DNA of 64,000 bases from a virus. Taxonomy: Duplodnaviria > Caudoviricetes. Both the position numbers and the translations under genes were made by a program. Position 1 is the stretch's first letter, and every line of letters starts with the position of its first letter. The notes below the pieces were generated by a model. The model searched no databases and had not been told where the DNA came from. It saw only the letters and a list, made by a program, of their open reading frames with translations. Positions 20,448 to 31,349 of the stretch are shown here, in pieces. The stretch lies in IMG/VR virus record IMGVR_UViG_3300032007_000001; one strand, given 5' to 3'.

Positions 20448-21260
20448 TCACCCCGTGGGAAGTTCATATTCCCATACTATTTGAAATGGTCCGGTATAAG
20501 CTGTAAATTCAACACTAACAGTATCTACATCTTTTACTTTAATTTCCTTATCTTCTCCGCCACTATCTCCAGATATTCCACCGGAATCTCCAGATTCTCC
20601 ACCATTATCATCATTCTGATGTTCAAGAAGATAATCATAATTTTCTTCATTTAAGCTAGTATAACGTTCTAGCCAAATATTTCCTGTTTTATAATTAACT
20701 TTTGCACTAATATAGACTTTGCTATAATCATAAATTTGTGGTGGATAGCGATTTGCATCCCATGTAACAAATCCCCATGGCATGGTTTCATGAATATCTG
20801 TATATTCAATACCTGATTGAGAATCTTTTATAAGAATAGAACCAATTTTAATTTGTATTGGCCAATACAATTGATTTTTTGTTACTGGGTCAATCGAAGA
20901 AGATGGCTTAAGTATTGAACTTCCAGCAAAACATCCAAGTTCAATTGTTGTTTTTATCTTTTTTTCAGTTGCTTTTAATAAATATAATTTGTTCCCAGAA
21001 CAAGAACCGATAACATTAACACCAATCATATCATGGTCTTGCTCAAACATTTCGTGAAAACTATTCTTTAAGTTTTCTGGTGCTTCTGGCCATTCATTTT
21101 CCAAATGAGGAACAAAATCATTTTTTATAGAATTTGGAATACGCCAACCATAAATTCTTGTTTCATTATAATCTTGTTTCCAATCACAAGAGTCTTTATA
21201 TTTATTAAATTGATTTACAAAATCAGGAAAATGCGATATAGCTGGCATTGCAACTGTCAT
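20448..21260 (-). CDS. Hypothetical protein (putative tail/baseplate)
   Basis: Follows the PAAR gene; AAAGGA SD. Confidence 0.6.
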   Translation of the reverse strand: MTVAMPAISHFPDFVNQFNKYKDSCDWKQDYNETRIYGWRIPNSIKNDFVPHLENEWPEAPENLKNSFHEMFEQDHDMIGVNVIGSCSGNKLYLLKATEKKIKTTIELGCFAGSSILKPSSSIDPVTKNQLYWPIQIKIGSILIKDSQSGIEYTDIHETMPWGFVTWDANRYPPQIYDYSKVYISAKVNYKTGNIWLERYTSLNEENYDYLLEHQNDDNGGESGDSGGISGDSGGEDKEIKVKDVDTVSVEFTAYTGPFQIVWEYELPTG

Positions 21261-21286
21261 ATTTTCTTTCCTTTCTAAAAATACTT

Positions 21287-21613
21287 CTACAAAGTAAATG
21301 TATATGGACTACCAGTAATTATTGTACCAGTCCTTGAATGTGGACAAGATTTACACCCTGGGTTGCATGACCCAAAAGTTGGATCGCCTATTCTAGCACT
21401 TTTCAAGTCATCTGTAATCCTATAAAAAGACCCATCAATAATATAACCTTTATCTCCACACGATGTACACGTTACCACATCTGTTAATCTTGCCCATGGT
21501 CTTGAATCACATAATGTATAATCTGACCCAGTAGTTATAACACCGATTGTTGGTCCATGAGGACAATCTATTAATACCAAATCACCAAGTCTTGATTGTG
21601 GAGGCCCTGACAT
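21287..21613 (-). CDS. PAAR-repeat tail spike tip protein
   Basis: Three PAAR-like repeats (QSRLGD, PWARLTD, SARIGD) with C/H metal ligands and IxxGS motifs. Confidence 0.88.
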   Translation of the reverse strand: MSGPPQSRLGDLVLIDCPHGPTIGVITTGSDYTLCDSRPWARLTDVVTCTSCGDKGYIIDGSFYRITDDLKSARIGDPTFGSCNPGCKSCPHSRTGTIITGSPYTFTL

Positions 21614-22215
21614 TAGATAAATTCAACTCCTATTTTTGATTCATTCTTTTTTGCTCTATCCAATGCATCCAATAATGTATCAATTAAATTATTTACTTTA
21701 ATCAAATCCATATGTTTTGATGCCAATTCATCATATACATAACAAGTTATTTCTTTTGATGATGTTTTATCGTTTGTAAATTGTTTCTCTTTTCTTTTAT
21801 CTATAAAATTTACTTTTGTATTAATATTATTAAATGCTTCTTCTTTCCCAGATAAATTAACGACATAAACATTTTTATTGCTTATTTTTTTCTTTATATC
21901 TTTTAATTCATTGGCAACAACATCCACATCATCATATTTAATTTCGTTTATTTCATCAAACAATGACATAAAATGAGGAAATACATTACCGACCATTGAT
22001 AAATCTTTTTCGTTTTTGTGTTCAAAATTATACCAAATGATGTCTCTTAAAATATTAAAATATTTTTCTTCAATAGTTATAACAGATATGAAATTCATTT
22101 CAAAATCTCTATAACAATTCTTATATACAGAAAGCATTTCGTGTTCTTTTATGCCATGTTTCAAAAAAACTTCGTATATATCTTTATTAATATCATTCAG
22201 ATTTTCTTTTTTCAT
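21613..22215 (-). CDS. Hypothetical protein
   Basis: 200 aa; coupled to the PAAR gene. Confidence 0.65.
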   Translation of the reverse strand: MKKENLNDINKDIYEVFLKHGIKEHEMLSVYKNCYRDFEMNFISVITIEEKYFNILRDIIWYNFEHKNEKDLSMVGNVFPHFMSLFDEINEIKYDDVDVVANELKDIKKKISNKNVYVVNLSGKEEAFNNINTKVNFIDKRKEKQFTNDKTSSKEITCYVYDELASKHMDLIKVNNLIDTLLDALDRAKKNESKIGVEFI

Positions 22216-22513
22216 TGCTTTTCACCATCACATTTATTGGCATTGGTACATTGTTTTGAATAAATGTATTGTAAGCTAATATAACGCAATCTTTACAAAT
22301 ATGTGTTTTTCCATCAATTGTAAATAATGGATCTTCGCCAGATGGCGCACCGCAAAAATTGCAAAATTTTATATTTTTAATTTTATCAGAAATATCAATT
22401 GGAATATCTTCTAATCTCTGAATTTTCCCATTATAAGAAACAATCGTTGACCCATCAACAACTTCTAATTTAACGTCTTTGTTTGTAATTATCTTTTTCA
22501 TTTTTTCATCCAA
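22193..22513 (-). CDS. Stand-alone ClpX-type C4 zinc-finger protein
   Basis: FCNFCG...HICKDCV matches the ClpX ZBD pattern CSFCG...ICxxCV. Confidence 0.7.
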   Translation of the reverse strand: MDEKMKKIITNKDVKLEVVDGSTIVSYNGKIQRLEDIPIDISDKIKNIKFCNFCGAPSGEDPLFTIDGKTHICKDCVILAYNTFIQNNVPMPINVMVKSNEKRKSE

Positions 22514-22575
22514 AATTAAGACCTTCTTTCAAAAAAAGCAGTCTATGAAGACATCATTCCTCATAGACTATCTTA

Positions 22576-23427
22576 TCAAAAAAATTTTAAGTCATTTAAG
22601 TTGTAAAAATTGTATATGTATTGGTGACCAGCATAACGTCCCAATTGTTCTTTTAAGTCTATTAATTCCTTTCTGCATCTAGCAGATTTATAATTTTCCA
22701 ATTGTAACGTTTCTGGATTTGTTGTGAAAAAGTTATTAGTATGAAATAAATGAGTATAATTAGCGCTTACATTTGGTAATTCTTCTATTCCTTTTCCAAA
22801 AAATATACAGTTTTTAACTTCATCATCTGTATAACTGATATCTTTTAGGGAATTGTCACATTTTATTCTATAAATTCGATTTGGGTCAAATTGTATGAGC
22901 ATTGCTTTACCCTTATGACGCTCATAGTTTTTGTGCATATAATTGCACCAACCATTATTATATGTTGAGATAGTGAATCTATTTTCAGCATTATCATCAT
23001 AAGAATCAATATATGATACTTCTACATTCAATCCAATTATCAACATTTTTCTAATTCCAAGTTCCTTTCTTGGAGAAGTAAAATATAAATAATCGCCATT
23101 TTTATTGACTCTACTATCAAATACATTTCTTAACGCAAAACAAGCATAATCTATAGATTGAAGATTCAAATAATATATTTCATTCGCAAACTTAACATCA
23201 AAAATATTATATGCATATGATGTATTAACTTGATATATCTTTTTTTGTTGTTGATATCTAACACCGGAATCATATGGTGCTATAATTTCATCCAACAAAA
23301 TATATTTATACATACCATTCGTTAATTGTATTTTCGCTAATTTTTGATGTTTTGGAAAAGAATCAAAATTATCAAATACGGGACATGTTAATGTTTTATC
23401 ATTTTGTACCTTAAAAACGTATCCCAT
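22576..23427 (-). CDS. Tail-fibre-associated protein, paralogue of 25522..26340
   Basis: Shared IxGLNVxV, YxNG, SY(T/S)DxxVKN motifs. Confidence 0.65.
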   Translation of the reverse strand: MGYVFKVQNDKTLTCPVFDNFDSFPKHQKLAKIQLTNGMYKYILLDEIIAPYDSGVRYQQQKKIYQVNTSYAYNIFDVKFANEIYYLNLQSIDYACFALRNVFDSRVNKNGDYLYFTSPRKELGIRKMLIIGLNVEVSYIDSYDDNAENRFTISTYNNGWCNYMHKNYERHKGKAMLIQFDPNRIYRIKCDNSLKDISYTDDEVKNCIFFGKGIEELPNVSANYTHLFHTNNFFTTNPETLQLENYKSARCRKELIDLKEQLGRYAGHQYIYNFYNLNDLKFF

Positions 23428-23430
23428 GGA

Positions 23431-25500
23431 TTATACCCCCATATATGGCACATCCACAGCTGGATTAAGTGGGTACATTGGCGTTAAATTACCTTCATCT
23501 GTTGTTTGCCACAATTCATTATCAAACTCACCTTTGCACGGCATAAAATCACCATATACATCCATTTCCCACATGGCGTCATGCGCTCTCGCAGCATCAA
23601 CAGGTATAAGATTTCTGCCAGCATCAAGTTCCCATGTCTTATTTTCTATAGTATATACATAATCTATATCGGAATCTTCTGGCCTAAACACCATCTTATT
23701 TCCAGCAACATAACCAACTTTTTTAAGTACCAAATCTTCTTCATATGGACGTTCAAATAATACTTCGCCATTTTGTCCAACATAACATGGGCATCCATCG
23801 TGAGAATCATCTGGTAAAATATAAGTACCATAAGTTAAGACTGTAACGTTGTTATCAAAATCCGTATTCGTAAGCGATAATGCAAGATTAGCACAAAGAA
23901 CTTCATTTCTATTATCTGCCAATCTATATGAACTGCCATTATATGTAAGAAGTTGCATTGGTTCACAAGATTGTTCGCTAAACACTTTACCAGTATGCAT
24001 TGTATCTGTATCTAAACCAGCTATAATGCGTTTCATTTCATTTAATTCTGATAAAAGAGCTTCAATTTGCGGAGTATATCCAACCGTACCTTCGCCGCTA
24101 ACTTCTTCTATCCAAAGTTTACCGCCTGGAACCAATAATTCTTCCGTTGCATTTATTTTTTTAGCTTCTAAGCCTTTGGCAGTTAAATTACCAGATTTTA
24201 CTCTTACATTTTCATTTACACCAATTGATTCATCATCAACACTTGTAACAAGTTTACCGTCCTTAAAAGAATTATCTCCAATAAGGAATTTTGTTGCGCG
24301 ACCTTGTTCATCAGATTCTGCATATTGGTGAGTGTGTCTTGCGAGTGAATCTGAAGTGACTAATTTACCACTACCAATATTACCATTGACATCTGTTTCA
24401 ATTTCTCTTCCAGCAGCCTCTTTGATATAAACACCATTGACGGTTTTATTTCTCATAGACTGTTCTGAAGAAACGTCTACAACTTCATTGAATTGAGAAT
24501 ATAATACTCCATCTTTTTCGAAAACAGCTTCATTTGAATATGTTTGTTGTTTCGTCCCTTGATTAAGAGTACCAACCAATAAAATTTTCTCATTTGTTTG
24601 TTCATTATTGATTGTTTTATTAACAATATCTGAATCAAGAGTTATTTGTACTTCTCTATTGGCTATTTTTGTTATCAAACCGGAACGAGAAACTGTAAAT
24701 TCTGGAACATAGAAAATTTCGCCAGGTTTAACAACCAAATCCATACCAGGACCATATGTTCCTGTTGGTACAGAACCATCTTCATTTGGAGTAATTGTAG
24801 CATTAATCTTTAAGTCTTCACTACCATCAAATTTAGCTGTACCAGTAACATCACCATATAATGTAACGTTTACTTTTTCAGTTAGTTTTCTTGCTGTTTT
24901 TGCATCACCATCTAATCTACCCTTAAACGTTGATGCCTGCAGTGTAGACTGGTCAACAGTTACACTCGTATTATATTTGAGTTTTGTTGGGTCTACATCA
25001 TCAACACCAACAAGAGAAATTTTTGTAGTAAAAACATTTTGTGTGTCTACAGACGTTGCTGCTCCGCCTTCTATAGTACTACCAGCAAATTTGTAATTTC
25101 TATTTTCAAAAGCTTGTTGTAATGCATTAAGTTTATTTAATAAAACTGTAAATTCATTATTGTCATGTCGTTCATCATTTTCTACAGTATCTTCTAAATT
25201 CTGTAATGATTCAGATAATGAATTTAATGTTGCTCTTATTTCACTAATATCAGCTAAATTCTCATCTTTATGATTATCTACATCATTTTTAATAGAATCT
25301 ACAAAACTAGAAAGAGCTCTCAATTCGTTTTTCAAATATAATGTACGATTTGATAATTGTTCATGAGGAACGTTGCTGAAACCATGTTCTCCACCATGAA
25401 CATAATCTTCTTCAGTTATTTCATAGATTCTATCTACCCATTCAGCAATTTCTTCTATATAAGAATCTGGACTGAGTAAATCAGCAGAAGTAACCGCCAT
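23431..25500 (-). CDS. Tail fibre protein
   Basis: QLSNRTLYL attachment motif; coiled coil; LYGDVTGTAKFDGS; HTH..YA repeats. Confidence 0.8.
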   Translation of the reverse strand: MAVTSADLLSPDSYIEEIAEWVDRIYEITEEDYVHGGEHGFSNVPHEQLSNRTLYLKNELRALSSFVDSIKNDVDNHKDENLADISEIRATLNSLSESLQNLEDTVENDERHDNNEFTVLLNKLNALQQAFENRNYKFAGSTIEGGAATSVDTQNVFTTKISLVGVDDVDPTKLKYNTSVTVDQSTLQASTFKGRLDGDAKTARKLTEKVNVTLYGDVTGTAKFDGSEDLKINATITPNEDGSVPTGTYGPGMDLVVKPGEIFYVPEFTVSRSGLITKIANREVQITLDSDIVNKTINNEQTNEKILLVGTLNQGTKQQTYSNEAVFEKDGVLYSQFNEVVDVSSEQSMRNKTVNGVYIKEAAGREIETDVNGNIGSGKLVTSDSLARHTHQYAESDEQGRATKFLIGDNSFKDGKLVTSVDDESIGVNENVRVKSGNLTAKGLEAKKINATEELLVPGGKLWIEEVSGEGTVGYTPQIEALLSELNEMKRIIAGLDTDTMHTGKVFSEQSCEPMQLLTYNGSSYRLADNRNEVLCANLALSLTNTDFDNNVTVLTYGTYILPDDSHDGCPCYVGQNGEVLFERPYEEDLVLKKVGYVAGNKMVFRPEDSDIDYVYTIENKTWELDAGRNLIPVDAARAHDAMWEMDVYGDFMPCKGEFDNELWQTTDEGNLTPMYPLNPAVDVPYMGV

Positions 25501-25521
25501 AACTTTTTCACCTACCTACTA

Positions 25522-26340
25522 TTAAAAAGAAATTGGTGATTCCAATAAGAAATAATTATATGCCAAATTCTTTTTATCTAGATAATTTTTCTTTACAAAA
25601 TTCACATATACAATTTTTTGAGAATATTTTCCAACACTATATATATAATGTTCATCTTTGTCATATAAAAAGTAATTATCACTTATTAAAAGCGAACGAT
25701 AATTTCCTTTTTTATCATTTAATCTTTCTACATCATAACCAATTATCATAAAATTTTTAACTAATTCATCACTATAACTTAATGATTTGAATTCATTTTC
25801 AAACTTAAATAAATATTCTTTTCCAGGAATCATTTTTATTACCATTGAACGTGATTTAAGATTATCTTTTTTAACAATTTTATCTGAATAACCATTATAA
25901 TATGTCGTTAAATTATAATCATTAAAACAAACACTAACATTCAATCCAGTTATAAAAATTTTTGTTAATCCTGAAATTGTTGAAGGAGCCTTAAAAATTA
26001 TTCCTTCATCAATTATTCTTACTCTGAAAGTACCAAACAATCCAACCAAAAGATTATACAATTCTTCATAAGAATCCAATGGAATCAACAAATTCCCACC
26101 AGGAAAATATTTATTTATTACGTTAATTGGCAAAGATGTACAAACTTGGTATTCATCATTATTTATTTTACAATGAAGAGAAGAATCATATTCATCGCTT
26201 ATATAATCCAATGGAACATATCCAACTTCTTCACCATCATTTACGCCAAGACATTTATTTATTAAAAAATGATTTTTTGAAGAATATGCTTTACAATCAA
26301 CACGTTCTCCATTTTTTTCATTATAAAGTTTTACTATCAT
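25522..26340 (-). CDS. Tail-fibre-associated protein, paralogue of 22576..23427
   Basis: Shared motifs; follows a fibre gene. Confidence 0.65.
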   Translation of the reverse strand: MIVKLYNEKNGERVDCKAYSSKNHFLINKCLGVNDGEEVGYVPLDYISDEYDSSLHCKINNDEYQVCTSLPINVINKYFPGGNLLIPLDSYEELYNLLVGLFGTFRVRIIDEGIIFKAPSTISGLTKIFITGLNVSVCFNDYNLTTYYNGYSDKIVKKDNLKSRSMVIKMIPGKEYLFKFENEFKSLSYSDELVKNFMIIGYDVERLNDKKGNYRSLLISDNYFLYDKDEHYIYSVGKYSQKIVYVNFVKKNYLDKKNLAYNYFLLESPISF

Positions 26341-26369
26341 CTACAATTCACCTCAACTGTAGATGTCTA

Positions 26370-28340
26370 TTAAGGATTTGATGGCGTATCTTCGACAATG
26401 TTTTCTTGAGTTGGCATAACATGCATAAATTCATCCATCTCCCAGAAATCGCTATAAGTACAATATGTACTCGGCATAACATCGCCTTCTTCATCCAAAT
26501 CCCACATACTATCTGCAAGTGGTTCTTCTTTTACAGTATAATTAAGTAAATTATCATATTCCCAAACGCAGTTTGTATGGTCAGGATAAAGAACATGTCT
26601 AAGACCACTATCTAACTCATCTAATTTTTCTCCGCAACCATCATCAAATGGCATAAATATAAGATAATTATTTCTTACATAACCAATTTTTTTGACAATG
26701 ATATTTTTATCCATTGGCTTACCATATATGATGTCACCATCTTTACCAACATAAGCGTCTGCGCCATCAAAATATGTTTCGCCAAGATTGTATGTACCAA
26801 ATATCATAACTTTAGCAAGCTTTGTTTCTTCATCGCTATCTTCCAAAGCAATAGCTAAATTTTTAGCATAATTTCTTGATACATTTGTTGCTAATTGATA
26901 ACCACCAGATTTATATGTAAGAAGTTGCCCTTCTTTACATCCATTTTTAGTATTTACATGTTCTAACGTTGACCTCTGGATAAAATCATCTGGATTTAAG
27001 AAATCAGTTGGGAACATATTTCCGCCAGAATCATCACTTGGAGAAAGGTTCTCAATCCAAATTTTACCACCAGGGATATACATATCATCTGTTGCATCCA
27101 ATGCTTTAGCAACTAATTTTTCATCTTTAACATAAGGGCTTGAAGAATATAATTTGTTATCTTTCTCTAATGATAATTTATATTCTTCGGAATCTTCTAT
27201 TTCAGAAACATCGATACCAATAGCATTTCCGCCAGATTCTGTTGAACCAGCATAATTATGTGTATGTTTGGCAACTGCATCTGACGTAATCAATGCATCA
27301 CTACCAATCGTACCACCAATTGTTTTATCAACACTATATTCTGATGCTTCTCCCAATTCGTAACCATTAATTGTCTTATTTGTTAATTCTTGTCTTTCTG
27401 TTAAGGTAACAACCTCGTCATTATTTGAATATAATTTATTATTTTTAGCATAAACACCAGATTGACTATATGTTGATGCATATCTGTTCTGTGAATCTGC
27501 ACCTATAACATATATTTTTCTAGCATCCTGTTGTGCTGAAATTGTATTGTTTGTACCAAGGTTGTTTGGCAAATGAACAACTCTATTTTGAATCTTTGTG
27601 ATAACACCAGATGAATTAACAGTGATATTAGGAATAATAATACTTCCATCTAATGAAAGAGTCGAATTGGAAAGTTCACCATAATCACCAGGCGAAACAT
27701 TTACTTGTTCTCTTAATGTCGTCGATAAAGTTAAATCTTTATCTCCAGTCAACGTAGCAGAACCAAGAACATCACCAGTAAGTTTAACGTTCGGACTATG
27801 AGAAAGAGTTTTAGCAGCAGAAGCTTCACCTTCTAAATCGCCAACAAAAGTTTCTGCATATAAATTTCCTTCTTCTGCATATATCCTCGAATTTCTTTTT
27901 ACATTTGTTAAATGAGAAGAATCTGTACCAAGCATTGACAAACGATTTACTTGGTCTTCTGTTATTGAAACCTCACCAGCCGGTCCACCTGGTTTTGAAG
28001 AACCGGCATATGTATGAGTATGATTTTTTAATGTATTTTCAAGTTCCGCAACATCATTCAATAATTTTTGAACAGCTCTAACGACATCATCTGATGTAGA
28101 TATTTCATGAGAACTTCCATCACCAATAACAGCTCTAATTTGATTAATTCTTTGCGATAATTCGTCTATTTTAACATCTTGTTCATCTTTTAATGTGCCA
28201 AGATAATTTGTCAAATCATTCAAAGCATTATTCAAATATCTTGTTCTATTCGCTAATTGAAGATTGGCTTCATCATTAGCTGCATCAACTTTTGATATTG
28301 CTGGTGAGTATGTATTATTTTCTACTAAATATCCTGCCAT
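26370..28340 (-). CDS. Tail fibre protein (paralogue of 23431..25500)
   Basis: QLANRTRYL; LTGDVLGSA; HTH(T/N)YAGS; IPGGKIWIE. Confidence 0.8.
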   Translation of the reverse strand: MAGYLVENNTYSPAISKVDAANDEANLQLANRTRYLNNALNDLTNYLGTLKDEQDVKIDELSQRINQIRAVIGDGSSHEISTSDDVVRAVQKLLNDVAELENTLKNHTHTYAGSSKPGGPAGEVSITEDQVNRLSMLGTDSSHLTNVKRNSRIYAEEGNLYAETFVGDLEGEASAAKTLSHSPNVKLTGDVLGSATLTGDKDLTLSTTLREQVNVSPGDYGELSNSTLSLDGSIIIPNITVNSSGVITKIQNRVVHLPNNLGTNNTISAQQDARKIYVIGADSQNRYASTYSQSGVYAKNNKLYSNNDEVVTLTERQELTNKTINGYELGEASEYSVDKTIGGTIGSDALITSDAVAKHTHNYAGSTESGGNAIGIDVSEIEDSEEYKLSLEKDNKLYSSSPYVKDEKLVAKALDATDDMYIPGGKIWIENLSPSDDSGGNMFPTDFLNPDDFIQRSTLEHVNTKNGCKEGQLLTYKSGGYQLATNVSRNYAKNLAIALEDSDEETKLAKVMIFGTYNLGETYFDGADAYVGKDGDIIYGKPMDKNIIVKKIGYVRNNYLIFMPFDDGCGEKLDELDSGLRHVLYPDHTNCVWEYDNLLNYTVKEEPLADSMWDLDEEGDVMPSTYCTYSDFWEMDEFMHVMPTQENIVEDTPSNP

Positions 28341-30298
28341 TAATTCTCACCTGCCTTTATTTCTATATCTTCGAAATCTCCTTCCTCATAAGGATTTATC
28401 TTTACATTCATGTAATAAACACGTACTGGAACGTAACGATGTTTTCCATCGTGTCTTATTTTTTTATTATACAAATTCTTATTTTTAAGAATTAATTCTT
28501 CTGTGAACGTAAAATTATCAGTTTTTGTATCTCTAACATTATGAGGAATAATACAAATATTATCCAAAAATGCACAAGTCCAATCTATGGTTGCATGTTT
28601 CATAACTTCCCATCTTATTATAACATAATCTTGGTCAACATATGTTTTTTCAAAATGTCTCCAATTAAAATCAACATCTTTGACCTTGTGATTTAATTTG
28701 AAATTATAAAACATATTTAATCTATCTTCATGATTTTTTGCTATATATTTATAATCATAAGAAAGTGTAAAACACTCTGGCATTTCTGTATCATGAATCA
28801 ATAATACGCTAACATCATGATGTTTTAGATGGTCTGATACCCAAACAACACCTCTATCATTCGGTAAATGAATTTCTCGTTTGGTTTTCAAATCGTATTT
28901 ATAAAAATCATTATGTTGATGCCATAGATTGATATCATAGAAATCTTCTTTATTTCTATAGTATTTTTTTCCGCCATAATTTGGGCCAATCATTGATATA
29001 TTTTGATATTCTAAACGTATATCTTCATCGTAATATTCATAAACCGGAAATACGCCAAATACCCATTTAGAATTACTTGCCAATCTTTCTATATCAATCA
29101 TATATTCTTCTACAGCTTTTATTGGTTTTATAGTCAAAACCTTGTAAGTATTATCGTTTAATGTATCGTAAATATACTTATCATCTTGCTTAAAATAAAT
29201 TTTTATTTCTTTTATTCTTATTGGCAATTTAATCTTAAATTCTATATGCATAGAACGTTTTCCAGGAGTAAACGTTAAATCGTAAATATTGTCTTCATAA
29301 AAATTACGATATTTTATCATCCTGACTTCACATTCTCTATTCCAAAAATACAAATCTGGATAATTCAAATGGTCGTCGGTTCCATCTTTTTTGAAAACTC
29401 TAGAACGTATATATGGCTTTAAGAAATATCTTCTATCATCTGGAAAAACAAATCTATCGTTTTCATCAAACGTTAAATCTTCGTGCCAATATGAAATTGA
29501 TGGAACGTGGTCATGATTTAACTTAAAATAAACTTTTCCAAAATTATCATCATCAACGTCATATTTAGCATACATATATTCATGTTTATTAAAATCTTCA
29601 TCCAAATATCTATGTATACGATATTCAAATTCTATTGTTTTTGGAGTGTGGTCTAATGAAGGAACCAAGAAACTTTTTTGTGATGTTCCTATAACCTCGT
29701 CCAATTCATTCATAAATGCTATTAAATATGTATATACTCTACCATCATCCAAATCATCATCAACTAATGACAATTTTTGTGTTTCTTTTAAGACATTAAA
29801 TTCTGTAATATCACTCTTTTTATAAATCCTAAAATAATGTCCAAACTTGTAATCTATATCTGTCCAAGATAATGTATGTGTTTCAAAATCATAATTTATA
29901 TATGAAGAAAGTTCAGACATAAAATGAGTATCATAAATATCATGTTTTCTTGAACCACATTCTTTGCACCAGCGACCAAACACTAATGTTGGAGCCATTG
30001 CATTATATGTGTTATACGTTACATCTTTGTTCCCTATTGTGTTCAAAGCTTTGTTTTGTATATCATCATTATAACTTTTATAATTCATCAAAGATTTATA
30101 TTTTCCGATATAATGATTTGATTCCAATACATCAACTAAATTATACCCATTTACGAGTAATTGTTCTAATTGTTTTATTTGTTTTTGGTCGTCTATACTA
30201 GACAAAGCCTTAAATTGTTCATCCAAAACCTGACAAATTTTACATTTTGGATTGGATTCATATTTATTATCAGTTATTTTGAAAACATATTTAGACAA
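28340..30298 (-). CDS. Hypothetical protein with FN3-like beta domains (putative tail)
   Basis: LSW...FRIYK...DDDLDDGRVYTYLI FN3-like pattern; GGAGG SD. Confidence 0.6.
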   Translation of the reverse strand: MSKYVFKITDNKYESNPKCKICQVLDEQFKALSSIDDQKQIKQLEQLLVNGYNLVDVLESNHYIGKYKSLMNYKSYNDDIQNKALNTIGNKDVTYNTYNAMAPTLVFGRWCKECGSRKHDIYDTHFMSELSSYINYDFETHTLSWTDIDYKFGHYFRIYKKSDITEFNVLKETQKLSLVDDDLDDGRVYTYLIAFMNELDEVIGTSQKSFLVPSLDHTPKTIEFEYRIHRYLDEDFNKHEYMYAKYDVDDDNFGKVYFKLNHDHVPSISYWHEDLTFDENDRFVFPDDRRYFLKPYIRSRVFKKDGTDDHLNYPDLYFWNRECEVRMIKYRNFYEDNIYDLTFTPGKRSMHIEFKIKLPIRIKEIKIYFKQDDKYIYDTLNDNTYKVLTIKPIKAVEEYMIDIERLASNSKWVFGVFPVYEYYDEDIRLEYQNISMIGPNYGGKKYYRNKEDFYDINLWHQHNDFYKYDLKTKREIHLPNDRGVVWVSDHLKHHDVSVLLIHDTEMPECFTLSYDYKYIAKNHEDRLNMFYNFKLNHKVKDVDFNWRHFEKTYVDQDYVIIRWEVMKHATIDWTCAFLDNICIIPHNVRDTKTDNFTFTEELILKNKNLYNKKIRHDGKHRYVPVRVYYMNVKINPYEEGDFEDIEIKAGEN

Positions 30299-30370
30299 AG
30301 CTGAACCCTCCTTCTTTAAATAAAATAAAATTGGTGTAAAAAAAAAGACTAAACATTTATAATCAAATTA

Positions 30371-30399
30371 AAAACCGATGGAAAATATCCATCGGTTTT
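30371..30399 (-). terminator. Terminator ending the rSAM/TNSSS operon
   Basis: aaaaccgatgga-aaata-tccatcggtttt. Confidence 0.75.
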
Positions 30400-30402
30400 A
30401 TT

Positions 30403-30753
30403 TTATAAGATTCTTATTGTATCGTTATGAAAATTAATAGCAAAATATCTTAATCGTTCATAATAAAAATCATAATAACAATCGTTTCTCAAAAAATCAA
30501 TTAAATTAAACATTTCTTGCCGTATCATATAATCATTGTTTTCTTCAAATCTCCCAATTATTTTATCTTTTAAGTCATCAACAAAATCAAATAAAATATC
30601 TGTAATAAAATCTATTTCATCATAATCTTCTTCATTTTCTAAACCATCTAATGCGAAATGAAGTTCGTGATTTTTTATATACATTTTTGCACTAAATTCT
30701 ATTCTTTTAGGAGTTTTTGTAATGACTTCAAAATTCATTATTTGTTCTATCAT
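30403..30753 (-). CDS. Hypothetical protein (last gene of rSAM operon, lacks the TNSSS tag)
   Basis: ATGA overlap. Confidence 0.7.
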   Translation of the reverse strand: MIEQIMNFEVITKTPKRIEFSAKMYIKNHELHFALDGLENEEDYDEIDFITDILFDFVDDLKDKIIGRFEENNDYMIRQEMFNLIDFLRNDCYYDFYYERLRYFAINFHNDTIRIL

Positions 30754-31349
30754 TCATCTTCATCCCAAATTGTATAAACTTCATATTGTTTTTTATCAAA
30801 TTTATGTCTTTCTTCTACGTCATCGCCATCATCTGATATAATCAGAATCGATTTTTTATTAAATAAAAATCTTTTTACATTCTCTGGAGATTCAAACAAT
30901 CTCATAACACCAGCATTTTCGGACCAACTGGATTGATGGTCTATCATTGCTTTTTCAGATTTAATTATTCCTTCCATATAAGAAAATTCCAAATGAGAAT
31001 TTGTATGTTCAAAATACACATCATCCAATATTGATGTCCATTCTTGTTTTAATGATTGTTTTTGTTTATCGGTTAAATATGAAAATTCTTTTTCGACAAA
31101 ATCATTTAAGTCATTCCTATGTTCTTTTAATATGTATTTATCTTTATTCAAAGCCAAAATCGACAAAAAATTTAATTTATCATCAAACGACCTTAAAACT
31201 TCATAATGTCTTAAAAATTCCAATTCGCCTTTACGACCAACTATATATCTATTTTGTTGTGGAATATCTTCATCAAATTTATCTTTCTTGAATACAACCA
31301 AATAACTAGCAGAACTAGAATTTGTTACAAAATCAATTCTTTTTTTCAA
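30750..31349 (-). CDS. TNSSS-tag protein 4
   Basis: MKKRIDFVTNSSSASYLV. Confidence 0.8.
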   Translation of the reverse strand: MKKRIDFVTNSSSASYLVVFKKDKFDEDIPQQNRYIVGRKGELEFLRHYEVLRSFDDKLNFLSILALNKDKYILKEHRNDLNDFVEKEFSYLTDKQKQSLKQEWTSILDDVYFEHTNSHLEFSYMEGIIKSEKAMIDHQSSWSENAGVMRLFESPENVKRFLFNKKSILIISDDGDDVEERHKFDKKQYEVYTIWDEDE

